DNA of 62,905 bases, the filler included, from Chiloscyllium plagiosum (Eukaryota): assembly GCF_004010195.1 (NCBI RefSeq). It is 5 parts of 2 records of this genome, joined end to end, with 100 filler letters (N's around TTAATTAATTAA, not from the genome) between each part and the next. Parts side by side here need not be neighbours in the genome. Positions count along the whole stretch, not along the records: positions 1 to 26,384 come from NC_057713.1; 4 more parts are not named here. One strand, written 5' to 3'. Positions 1 to 11,020 of the stretch are shown in pieces (the stretch's first letter is position 1; the number at the start of each line of letters is the position of its first letter). Under the pieces are notes generated by a model. It was not told the DNA's origin. It searched no databases and saw nothing but the letters and a program-made list of their open reading frames with translations. The position numbers and the translations under genes are program-made.

Positions 1-255
1 CCCCCACCCCCACTCCGGCCTATCACCCTCACCTTAACCTCCTTCCACCTATCGCATTTCCAACGCCCCTCCCCCAAGTCCCTCCTCCCTACCTTTTATC
101 TTAGCCTGCTCGGCACACTTTCCTCATTCCTGAAGAAGGGCTCATGCCCGAAACGTCGATTCTCCTGCTCCTTGGATGCTGCCGGACCTGCTGCACTTTT
201 CCAGCGACACATTTTCAGCTCTGATCTCCAACATCTGCAGTCCTCACTTTCTCCT
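1..255 (+). mobile_element. Penelope-like element 3'/terminal-repeat region with hammerhead-like motif
   Basis: Pyrimidine-rich tract, then CTGAAGA-A-GGGC-tcat-GCCC-GAAA-CGTC and the tail 'gatgctgc..gacctgctg..ttttccagc..cagcatctgcagtcctcactttctcc'. The same tail follows a GIY-YIG remnant at 22308-23101, and a near-identical copy lies at 60220-60423. Confidence 0.75.
126..161 (+). ncRNA. Minimal type-I hammerhead ribozyme-like motif (family A)
   Basis: attc-CUGAAGA(130-136)-A-GGGC/GCCC stem II-GAAA(150-153)-CGUC-gatt. Palindromic ACGU in place of stem III; stem I is weak in this copy. Confidence 0.55.
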
Positions 256-690
256 ATCATCTACAAGGCTCAAGACAGGAGTGTGATGCAACATTGTCAA
301 GATTCGAGTGGTGCTGGAAAAACACAGCAGTTCAGACAGCATCAGAGGAGAAGAAAAATCAACATTTTGGGCAAAAGCCGTTCATCAGGAATGTGATGGA
401 ACATTTCTCACTTGCTTGGATGGTTGCAGCTCCAATGACATCCAAGAAGCTTGACTCCGTCTAGGACAAAGCAGCCACTTGACTGACACCATATCCACAA
501 GCAGCCATTCCCTCCATCACCAGCTCTCAGTAGTAGCTGTGTATATTATCTACGAGATGCAATGCCCAGGATCCTCAGACAGTACTTTGGAAACCACGAC
601 AAGAAGGACAAGGGCACATAGATGGGGACATCACATCTGCAAGATCCCCTCTGAACCACTCACCATCCTGACTTGGAAGTACACCATAGC
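256..690 (+). mobile_element. L2/CR1-group LINE 3' fragment, interrupted by a ~96-bp PLE terminal insert (296-391)
   Basis: 'atctacaaggctcaagacaggagtgtgatg' (IYKAQ.RSVM) is the same family as 31980-33060. The insert is flanked by tgtgatg(c/g)aacatt at 282-295 and 392-405. Confidence 0.6.
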
Positions 691-699
691 AAACAAAAC

Positions 700-2540
700 T
701 TGGTGGTGTGGGGGGGTGTAGTGAACATGGTGGAGTTTGTTCATGCTCTGAAATTGTTCAATTCAATGCTGAGTCCTGAAGGTTGTAAGGAATCGAGGCA
801 GAATGCTGGCCCAACTTGCATTCAACTTCATTGGAGCACTGCAGCAAGCCAGAGACAGGAATATTGGCCAGGGAGCATGGCGGTGTGCTGAAGTGACAGG
901 CAACTGGAAGCTTGGAGTCCTATTGGCAGACAGTGTGGAGGTGGCCTGCAAAGCGGTCGCCAGCCTGTGTTTCATCTGCCTCATCTAGAGGACACCACTT
1001 TATGAGCAGCGAATACTGTAGACTGGATTGAGTGAAATGCAAGTAAATCACTGCTTCATTTGGAAGCTGTGACTGGGATTTTGAATACTGAGGAGGGAGG
1101 AGGTAAACAGGTAAGTGTTGTACCTTCTGTGATTGTGTGGGAAGGTACTGTAGGAGTTGAGGGTGTGTTGGGAGTACAGGAGGGTGGACCTGAGTATTCC
1201 AGAGGGAACAGTCCCTGCAAAATGCTGACAAGGGAGTGGAGGGGAATATGTGTCCGGGTGGTGGCATTCAGCTGGAGATGTCGGAAATGGCAGCTTATGA
1301 TCCTTTGGATATGGAGGTTGGTGTGATGGAAAGTGAGGAGCAGGTGTGCCTATCATTGTGTGGGAGGAAGAGAGGGGACAAGGGCAGAATTGCAGCAAAT
1401 ATATGCAATACAGCTCATGACCCTATCAATGATAGTGGCTGGGAAAATGGAATACAGTTTTTACATGAAGCAGAGTGTGACCAATATACACTGCAAGAGT
1501 CAAAGGGTTATTAATGGAAATTGGTGACCAGCCTATCCCCAGAAATGAACACAGAGCTGTCAAGGAAAGGAAATATAGGGTCAGAGATGGACCAAGTGAA
1601 GGTGAGAGCAGGATGGGAATTGGAAGCAAAATGAACAAATTTTTCCAATCCCCGATGAGACAGAGAAGCAGCTCCCGTTATGTCACCAACGCACCACAGA
1701 AAGAGTTGTGGGTGGGGTCCACAGTAGGAATAGAAGAAGGAGTGTTCCACATACCCTACAAAGAGACCGGCACAACTGGGAGCCATGCAGGTACCCATGG
1801 CCACCCCTTTGATCTGCAAAAGGTGCGAAGAGTTAAAAGGAGGCAATTCAAAGTTCGGATGATCTCAGCCAGGTAGAAGGTGGTGGCAGTGAACAGGACA
1901 GTGCAGACTGTTTTTCTGGGAAGATGTGGTGATCCCTGAGACATTCCTGATGGGGGATGGTCATGTTAAATTGTCCACAGCGTTCAGGGGTGTGTAGGCT
2001 GGGTCGATTAGCCATGGGAAATGCAGAGTTACAGGGATGGAGTGGGTCTGAATGGGATGCTCTTTGGAGGGGGCAGTGTGGACCCGATGGTCGAATGGAC
2101 TGCTTCCACATTGTAAGGATTCTATGATTCTAAAGGGATCGCACATTGATGGTGAAGAGCAGGCAGTGGGTGCCAGCAAACTGGAAACTTTGTAGCTGAT
2201 GTATAACATTAGACAAACTGCCGATGTATGTGAAAGGACTAGACTAGGGGAGAAAACAAGTCAAGGTAGGAAGGAATACCCTCCATCGTGCAGAAACAGG
2301 CAGAAACAATGAGTCTGCCTGGACAGTCCAGTCTGTGGAATTTGGGAGGGAGGTAGAAATGGGCTGTCAGGTATTGGAGGACTGGGAGCTTGGAGGCTGT
2401 GAGGAGGGAGATCCCCAGATGAGTTGTGGTTAGTGACTCTCCTGGATGCAGCAACCTGATGTTCAATGGTGGGGTCATGGTCCAGGGAGAGATAGGACAA
2501 GGTGTCAAAGACCTGGCCCTCAGCCTCCACAATGTAGAGG
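700..2540 (-). mobile_element. Degenerate Penelope-like element ORF (RT + GIY-YIG)
   Basis: Minus frames give 'HFYLPPKFHRLDCPGRLIVSAC' and 'QIKGVAMGTCMAPSCAGLFVGYVE', typical PLE RT motifs. Frameshifted, and interrupted by a SINE piece at ~1960-2130. Confidence 0.8.
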
Positions 2541-2559
2541 TCAATACGTCAGATAGTCA

Positions 2560-3850
2560 TTATAGGAAGTCTAATTCTAGAGCGAATTATGCAGTAAATA
2601 TAGGTGAAGTGCTGGAGGGCTGGAGGGTTGCTCATTTTGTCCCCCCCGTACAAGAAGGTTAGTAGGGATATTTTGGATAACTACAGACCAGTGAGCCTGA
2701 TGTTAGTGGAGAGGAAGTTGCTGGAGAAGGTACTGAGGGATAAAATCTATTTATATTTGGAAAAGAATGGGCTTATCAGTGATAGGCAACATGGTTTTGT
2801 GCAGGGAAGATCATGCCTTACCAACTTAATTGAGTTCTTTGAGGAAGTGACCAAGTTGATAGATGAAGGAAGGGCTATAGATGTCATATAAATGGACTTT
2901 AGTAAGGCGTTTGATAAGGTTCCCCATGGTAAAGTAATAGACAAAGTCCAGTCACATGGTGTGCAGGGTGTTCTCGCTAGGTGGATAAAGAGCTGGTTGA
3001 GCAACAGGAGACAGAGAGTAGTTGAAGGGAGTTTCTCAAAATGGAGAAAGGTGACCAGTGGTGTTCCACAGGGGTCAGTGCTGGGGCCACTGTTGTTTGT
3101 AATATACATAAATGATCTGGAAGAGGGCACTGTTGGTATGATCAGCAAGTTTGGTGGGCGTTTGGAACGTGTTGCCAGCAGAGGTGGTAGAGGCAGGCAG
3201 GGTAGATTCATTTAAGATGTGTCTGGATAANNNNNNNNNNNNNNNNNNNNNNNNNNNNNNNNNNNNNNNNNNNNNNNNNNNNNNNNNNNNNNNNNNNNNN
3301 NNNNNNNNNNNNNNNNNNNNNNNNNNNNNNNNNTGTGTACAGTTCTGGTCGCCACATTACCAAAAGGATGTGGACACTTTGGAGAGAGTGCAGAGAAGGT
3401 TTACGAGGATGTTACCTGGTATGGAAGGTGCTAGCTATGAAGAGAGGTTGAGTAGGTTAGGATTGTTTTCATTAGAAGAAAGGAGATTGAGGGGGGACCT
3501 GATCGAGGTCTACAAAATCATGAAGGGTATAGACAGGGTGGATAGAGACAAGCTTTTTCCCAGGGTGAAGGATTCAATTATGAGAGGTCACGCTTTCAAG
3601 GTGAGAGGTGAAAAGTTTAAGGGGGATACACCCAGCAAATACTTTACACAGAGGGTGGTAGATGCCTGAAACGCGTTGCCAGCTGAGGTGGTAGAGGCAG
3701 GCACGGTAGATTCATTTAAGATGCATCTGGACAGATGCATGAGTAGGTGGGCAGCAAAGGGATACAGATGCTTAGGAATTGGGCAACAGGTTTAGATAGT
3801 AAATTTGGATCAGATCAGGCTTGGAGAGCCGAAGGGCCTGTTCCTGAGCT
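2560..3850 (+). mobile_element. CR1 LINE RT/3' fragments spanning an N gap
   Basis: [64 protein letters not shown]. Confidence 0.9.
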
Positions 3851-3999
3851 GTAAATTTTTTTGTTCTTTGTACAACAAAAGCAACACCCCTGTGGGTAGG
3901 CTTAATTGCAGATTCAAGGTTGGATCTGAGAGCACACTGTGTGGTCAGTTCAGAGGGAGATGGGCTAGAATGGCTAAGAGGGACAGAGACATTAAGGCA

Positions 4000-4560
4000 A
4001 CTGATGTGACATTGAGAGTTCTCAATGAACAGGTCGAATGCAGATAAAGGACCAGAGGGAGGGTTCTAAGTGGAGGAGAGAGTCGGAGATGGGCGAAGGG
4101 ATCTGTGGGAGAGGGACTCTTGTCCAAAGAAAAGAGCAAGGAGGCAAAAGAATACCAGAAGAGTTCAACGTCATGTCATGCCTAAAATTCATTGAGGTGG
4201 AGGCGCATAGGGATAAATCTAAGATCTTTCCTGAAAACAGAATGCTCAGCGTCAGAGAATAGGAGGGATAGTAAATACCTGACAAGAGGTAGGTTTGGAG
4301 AAGGGACAGAGACGGGGGTGGGGTTGCGGGAAAGAGGTGTGGAAATCACTGGCATATTGCAGCTTGTGTTCCTCAATACCTTAATGGAAAGTAGAAGTTT
4401 CTTGAACAAACCAGAGAATGGAATGGAACCGGAGGGAAGGACAGCTCTGAGGTAATGTGTGGTAAGTGCTGATGAGGGGAGATATAGTGCATAGCACTGG
4501 GTGTGAATCTCAGGATGCGGCGAGAACAGCTCTCTGAGGATCATTGAAAGTCACGGAGAT
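4000..4560 (-). mobile_element. PLE ORF N-terminal remnant
   Basis: 'SDAEHSVFRKDLRFIP' resembles the 'LS..E.SVL.KGL.F.P' pre-RT motif of PLEs; same orientation as 700-2540. Confidence 0.5.
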
Positions 4561-4780
4561 ACCTGTGATTGAAAAAACAAGGGATGAAACTTCAGTCGGA
4601 ATCCTTTCTCCAGAAAAAGATAAATATTCTGTATCAATAGTGAGAAAGAATACATTCTCAACCTTTTTGCCGACCTGCTCCATTCTCTTGAGACAGTTGG
4701 TGCTATTCCTCTCTTCTACTTATTTGAGAATGTGTTTAATAAGGGGGAGTACCTTATAAGGTCTAACAAGTGTCTAATAA

Positions 4781-5130
4781 AGGTGGCACAGTAGCTCAGT
4801 GGTTAGCACTGTTGCCTCGCAGCACCAGGGACCTGGATTCAATTCCACTTTCAGGCGATGTCTGTGTGGACTTTGCACATTACCATCCTCCCACCACCCC
4901 TGTGATTGCATGGGTTTCCACTGGGTGCACTAGTTTCTACCCAGAGTCCAAAGGCATGCAGGTTTAGGTGGACTGGCCATGCAAAATTGCCCATCGTGTC
5001 CAGGGATGTGCAGGCTCGGTGGGTTAGTCATGGAAACACTGGGTTACAGGGATGGGATGAGTCTGAGTAGGATGCTCTTCAGAGGGACTCAGTGGGCCAA
5101 ATGGCCTGCTTCCATACTGTAGGGATCCTA
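4781..5130 (+). mobile_element. tRNA-derived V-SINE (HE1-like)
   Basis: A box 'gtagctcagtggttag', B-box-like 'ggattcaattcc', V-domain 'tgtgtggactttgcacatt..gggtttcc', CR1-like tail. Confidence 0.8.
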
Positions 5131-5649
5131 AGCACTTAGTCATTTTAGACAAAGTACCCAGAGAATGTTCCTAATAAATGTTGTTCAAGTATTGACGATA
5201 TCTCGACAAAGCGAACTAGAATGTCTCCCAACGTGTTTCAGATTGTCTTCTTCACAGAGAAGTGCTTAAAATCGATAGCATTGCAGCATTTACTACCAAA
5301 TAGTAGCTTACTGTAAGAAGAGAGTTCAGTTGAACTCTCGCTATTAAAGGGCCATGCAATCTCTTTAATGATCAGACAGTTTAAGTGGTAACCAACTGTT
5401 TAATAAGCTTTCAAGTACCATTCTGATATCTGACGTCAACTCTTTTACCAAGATGACATCTTACATTCAGTGGAGCCTAAATTGACATTCTAATTTGAGA
5501 CCTCATTTTGGTCACCTTTACCTCACTGTCATGCCTAACATATTCAGGGCAAATAGCCTTTGCAACAGCAATAGCAATTTGGATTTTCACTTTGGGTTTG
5601 GCATTAGTTTGTTGATGATTTTTGTTCAGAGACGTTTCCAAGTGACAGT

Positions 5650-6027
5650 ACAGTATGTTGAAACTTACAGAATGCTGAGAGGCCTGGATAGAGTAGACAT
5701 GGAGAAGATGCTTTCACTAGTAGGAGAGACTAGGACCCAAGGGAGCAGCCTCAGAGTGAAGGAACAGCCCTTGAGAACTGAGATAATGAGGAATTTCCTC
5801 AGCCAGTCGGTGGTTAGTCTGTGGAATTCATTTCTGCAAAAGGCTGTGGAGGCCAAGTCACTAAGTGTATTAAAACCAGAGACAGAGAGATTGAGTCTCG
5901 CCTATAAGGAGAATCAAGGGTTACATGGAGAAGGAAGGAGAATGGGTTTGGGAAACATAATATCCATGATAGAATGGTGAAGCAGGCATGATGGGCCAAA
6001 TAGCCTTAATCAGGTCCTATACCTAAT
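5650..6027 (+). mobile_element. CR1 LINE 3' fragment
   Basis: ETYRMLRGLDRVD..GETRT..LWNS.. plus CR1 3' UTR. Confidence 0.85.
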
Positions 6028-6041
6028 GGTTTTATAGTACA

Positions 6042-6273
6042 GAGCTGAAAATGTGTTGCTGGAAAAGCGCAGCAGGTCAGGCAGCATCCAAGGAGCAGGA
6101 GAATCGACGTTTCGGGCATGAGCCCTTCTTCAGGAATTCCTGAAGAAGGGCTCATGCCCGAAGCGTCGATACTCCTGCTTCTTGGATGCTGCCTGACCTG
6201 CTGCGCTTTTCCAGCAACACATTTTCAGCTCTGATCTCCAGCATCTGCAGTCCTCATTTTCTCCTAATTAGAA
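6042..6273. mobile_element. Fold-back PLE terminal mini-element with 14-bp TSD
   Basis: 96-bp inverted arms 6041-6136 and 6137-6232 with no loop (centre GAATTC, ~3 mismatches). TSD ggttttatagtaca at 6028-6041 and 6274-6287. Confidence 0.85.
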
Positions 6274-6876
6274 GGTTTTATAGTACAACAAAGTCTAAGA
6301 AGAGGGAACAGTGATTTACAAAAGAAGCAAGGATGAAGTGAGGGAAATCTTCCACATAGCAAGTCAACTTCGCATGGTCAGGAAGAAGAGATCACATCCA
6401 GACTGAGACACAGCTCAAGGGAATATGAACTTTTGGGAATTTGAAGGCAACATGGGAATTTGGTGCAGAGGGAAAAATGCTTTAGGTTACTCTTAGATCA
6501 AAGGTAAATTGGGATAATAGTTACAGATTACAAACTAAAAGACCAGTAGGAAACTTTAAAAATCAAATTAAGAACTTAGTAAATAAAACAGAGATGTAGG
6601 GCCTGGTGGACCCCATTGTGGTTCATAGTGACCACTTCTGCAGCGAATGTTGGTTGCTTTAGGAACTCCAACTCAGAATTGATGAACTGGAGTCTGAGCT
6701 TTGAACTCTGTAACACCTAAGGGAGGGTTAGAGCTACCTGGATGCTGGGTTTCAGGAGGAGTCACGCCCTTTAGATTAACCACCACAAATTCAGTCAGGG
6801 GTCAGGGACAGGAGGGTGTGACTATGAACAAGACAGGTAAAGAGATTCTGGAGCAAGTGCTGAAGGAGTCTCAGCC

Positions 6877-8732
6877 ATAAGACCATAAGACACAGAAGCA
6901 GAAATTAGGCTGTTCAACCCCTCAAATCTGCTCTGTCATTCAATCATAGCTGATAAGTTTCTCAACCTCATCCTCCAACTTTCTCCCTGTAACCCTTGAT
7001 CCCCTTGACAATCAAGAACCTATCGATCTCAGTCTTCCATACACTCAATGACCTGGCCCCCACAACCTTCTGTGGCAATGAATTCCATAGATTAACCATT
7101 CTTTGGCTGAAGAAGTTTTTCCTTATCTCTGTTCCCTTTACTTGAAAGGCTGTGCCCTCAGGTCCCAGACTTTCCTACCATTGGAAACATCTTCCCAACA
7201 TCCACTCTGTCCAGGCCATTCAGTATTCTGTAGGTTTCAATTAGATCATCTCTTGTTCTTCTAAACTCCATCGAGTATAGAGCTAGAGTCCTCAAACATT
7301 CCTCATATGTTAAGCTTTTCATTCCTGGGACCATTCTTGTGAACTGCCTTTGAACACACTCCAAGGCCAATAAATTCTTCCAGAGATCTGGGGCCCAAAA
7401 CTGCACACAATACTCCAAATGTGGCCTGACCAGAGCTTTATAGAGCCTCAGAAGTACATCCCTGCTTTTGTATTCAAGTCTTCTCAAAATAAATGCCATC
7501 ATTGTGAAGTGGGGGTTGACATGGGGCATGCTGACACAGGGCATACAGACACAAGATGGCCGCTGAGTCATAAGTTGGTCACTTAGCACACAAGATGGCC
7601 GCTGAGCCATTACATGGAAAAATACAGCAAAGCATGCACAACCGGATGCCAGCACAATAGACACAGAACATAGGTGATTAGTTTAAGGCGGGTGGGGGAG
7701 AGAATGCACATCAGTAATGTCTACTGCCTGCCAAAGTGTCGGAGTCCAGCCACCACCTTCAACAGAAATGTTAACTACCTGAGACTGCTTGTATACAAGT
7801 GTAAATACTTCAGATCTGTAACAATGGAAAAAAATCTTCCTTCTCAGGAAGAACAATCACGATCAATTACTGCAACAATGGACTCCTGCGTAGCTGCTAA
7901 AACTGACAATGACTCTGTAATGTTTTCTGTAAATAAACCATGCTGTACAAACAAAGACTCGATACTTGAACTATTATACCATGAAAGGTATAAAATATCA
8001 GGACATGTGCTCCGCGGGTGAGAGAAGGCTCGCAGCTGACAGCTGTGGTGGTAGACGTCTCTCTCTCTCCCCGGGGCTCTGGTTTCTTTGTATAATAAAC
8101 TCTGTCGTTGGATCCCAATTCTGACTCCGAGGCTGGTGATTTTCCCCACAACAATTGCATTTGCTTCCTAGTTATTGACTCAACCTGCAAGTTTGCATTG
8201 AGAAAACCCTGGACTCGAATTCCCAAGTCTTTTTGCGCTTCAGACTTCTGAATTTTCTCCCCATTTAGAAAATAGTCCAGGCCTCTATTCTTCCTACCAA
8301 GGTGTATGACCACACACTTTCCCACATTGTACTCCATCTGCCACTTCTTTGCCCACTCTCCTAACCTGTCCAAATCCTTCTGCAGCCTCCCTGCCTCCTC
8401 AATACTAGCTGTCCCTCGTCCTATCTTTGTATCATCTGCAAACTTAGCCAGAATGCCCTCAGGTCCTTCATCTAGATCACTAATGTATAAAGTGAAAAGT
8501 TATGGTCCCAACACTAAGCCTTGTGGAACATCACTTGTCACCGGCTGCCATCCTGAGAAAGACCCTTTTATCCCCACTCTCTGCTTTCTGCCAGGCAGTC
8601 AAGCTTCTATTCATGCTAGCACCTTGCCTCTAGCACCACGGGCCCTTATTTTACCCAGCAGCCTCCTGTGCAGCACCTTGTCAAAGGCCTTCTGGAAGTC
8701 CAGGTAGATAACATCCATTGGCTCTCCTTGGG
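6877..8732 (-). mobile_element. CR1 RT/3' portion inserted antisense in the older CR1
   Basis: DVIYLDFQKAFDKV, EWAKKWQMEYNVGKC, LYKALVRPHLEYCVQFW; tail repeat at ~6877. Confidence 0.85.
7503..8153 (+). mobile_element. Probable solo LTR
   Basis: TG...CA ends with an imperfect terminal inverted repeat (TGTGAAGTGGGG / CCCCACAACA), TATAAAA at 7989, AATAAA at 8094. It splits a CR1 that resumes at 8154. Confidence 0.65.
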
Positions 8733-10108
8733 TCTTGGGCTTGTCTAACAGGTTTGAGATTCTTGGTCCCTGTGTGAATGAGAGTGGGGGCTGTAGGGAA
8801 GATGAGCAAACTGACCATAGTTCTATGGTACAGGGACTCATTCAAGAGAGGGAAGAACAGAGAAACATAGTTGTAATCAGAAATAGTATAATCAGGGGAA
8901 GAGACACTGTTCTCTGTGGCCAGGTTTGAGAGTTGCAAAGGCTGTGCTGTCTGCCTGGTTCCCAGGTTCAGGAATTTGGAGTGGGAGGGGGAGGATCCAG
9001 TTGCTGCAGTCCATGTAGGTTCTAACGATGTAGGTAGAAAGAGAAACAAAGTGCTACTGAGGACAATATGAGCAGCTAGGGGCTAAATTGAAAATCAGAA
9101 CCGAAAAGGTAATAATCTCTGGATTACTACCTGACCCATGAGCAAATTGGCATTGGATCAACAAGATTAAAGAGGTAAATGGGTGGCTCAAAGACTGGTG
9201 TGGGAGAATCGGTTCAAATTCATGGGACATTGGCACCAGTAACTGAGGAAGGAGGGAGCTGTTCCAATGGGATGGGTTGCAGCTGAATCATGCTGGGTCC
9301 AGACTCCTGGTGAATCACATAACCAGAGCCGTGAATGGGGCTTTAAACAGAATAAAAGCAGGGTATGGTTTCAGTTGTATGGAAAATAATGGAAAACGTT
9401 GAAGCGGGGGAGGGCTGAGCTGGGGTTATGAAAGTTTCCAGAGCAAAAAATGGGGCAGAGAGTATGGAAAGGCGCAGGAATCTAACTGCAGGTGGAGCAG
9501 ATAAGGGGACAACTATGAGAACGGGGGCAGTGAATGCCAGACTGAGGGTGTTGTACTTAAATGCTCACAATGCACAAAACAAGGTAAATGAGTCTGTAAT
9601 GCAGATTGAAATAGGCAGGTATGATGTTGTGGGCATCACAGAGACATGGCTGCAAGGGGATCAGGATAGGGAACCAAAAATCCAAGGATACGTGCCCTAT
9701 CAAAGGCAGATGGACGTAGGAGGCAGAATTCCCTTTTTAGTAAGAAATGAAATTAAATTAATAGCAAAAAGTAATATCGAGTCAGAAGGTATAGAATCTG
9801 TGTGAGTAGAGTTGAGGACCTGCAAAAGAAAAAAAATACCCTGATGGGATCTGTGTACAGGCCTTCTAGCAATCGTCAGGATGTGGGGAAGAAAATAAAT
9901 CAGGAGATAGGAAAAGTATGGAAGAAAGACACTATTGTATGAGTCATGGGGTACTTCAGTTTGAAGATGACCTGGGAAAATCAAGTTAGTAGCGATTCTC
10001 AAGAAAAGGAATTTGTGGAATGTCTATAAGATGTTTTTTTTGAAGTTTTTTGTGGTAAACCAAAGAAGTCTGGATTTGGTGACATGCAATGAGGCAGACT
10101 TGGTTAGG

Positions 10109-11020
10109 GAGAAAGTGAGGACTGCAGATGCTGGAGATCAGAGTTGAGAATGGGTGCTGGAAAAGTACAGCAGGTCAGGCAGCATCCAAGGAGCAGGAAA
10201 ATCAATGTTTCAGGCAAGAACTCTTCATTAGGAATGAGGCTTGTGAGCCGAGGGGATAGAGATTTAATTGTAATCTAGCTGAAGTTGGAGCCTGTGCAGT
10301 TCAGAGCATGTTTCTCTTTAGTCTTACCATGAAGTATAGTATAATAATTAACATAGTTTAACGGCTACTGAGAAGTTTGTTCTGAACTTTTATTAAGACT
10401 TGAAGAACCCAGATGAGTTCTGAGGAAGAGTCACTGGACCCGAAATGTCAACTTTGATTTCTCTTCACAGATGCTGCTGGACCTGCTGAGCTTTTCCAGC
10501 AACTTTTGTTTTTGTTCCAGATGATTTTTGTCCATGGGATGTACTGGGTCTTTTAAGTTTGTTGGTTTTTGTTTGAGAGTGTTGGTGGGTTTGTGTGCTA
10601 CTAGGATTCCGAGGGGTCTTAGTAGTCTGGCTGTCATTTCTGAAACTTCTTTGATGTATGGTAAGGTGGTTAGGGTTTCTGGCTGCGTTTGGTCTGCTTG
10701 TCGTGGTTTGTTCTTGAAGAATCTGCTCACTGTATTTTTTGAGTATCCGTTCTTCTTGAATACGTTGTATAGGTGGTTCTCCTCTGTTTTCCGTAGTTCG
10801 CCTGTGCTGCAATGTGAGGTGGCTCGTTGGAATAGTGTTCTGATACAGCTTCATTTGTGTGTGTTGGGATGGTTGCTGGTGTAGTTAAGTATTTGGTCAG
10901 TGTTTGTCGGTTTTCTGTATACGCAGGTTTGTAGTTCTCCTGTGTGATAGGTAGACGGAGGTGGGGGTAATAGTGATAGGTCAGAGAGGAGGGTGGAGCG
11001 AATAAGTGGACAGGTAAGAC
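10109..11020 (-). mobile_element. Cluster of PLE fragments incl. post-RT region of a second PLE clade
   Basis: Minus frames 'YRKPTNTDQILNYTSNHP' and 'LPYIKEVSEMTARLLRPLGI.VAHKP' (10530-10940); PLE tails at 10109-10250 (-) and 10416-10520 (+). Confidence 0.75.
10416..10453 (+). ncRNA. Minimal hammerhead-like motif (family B)
   Basis: AGUU-CUGAGGA-A-GAGUC-acug-GACCC-GAAA-UGUC-AACU; stem I AGUU/AACU closes the core. Confidence 0.6.
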
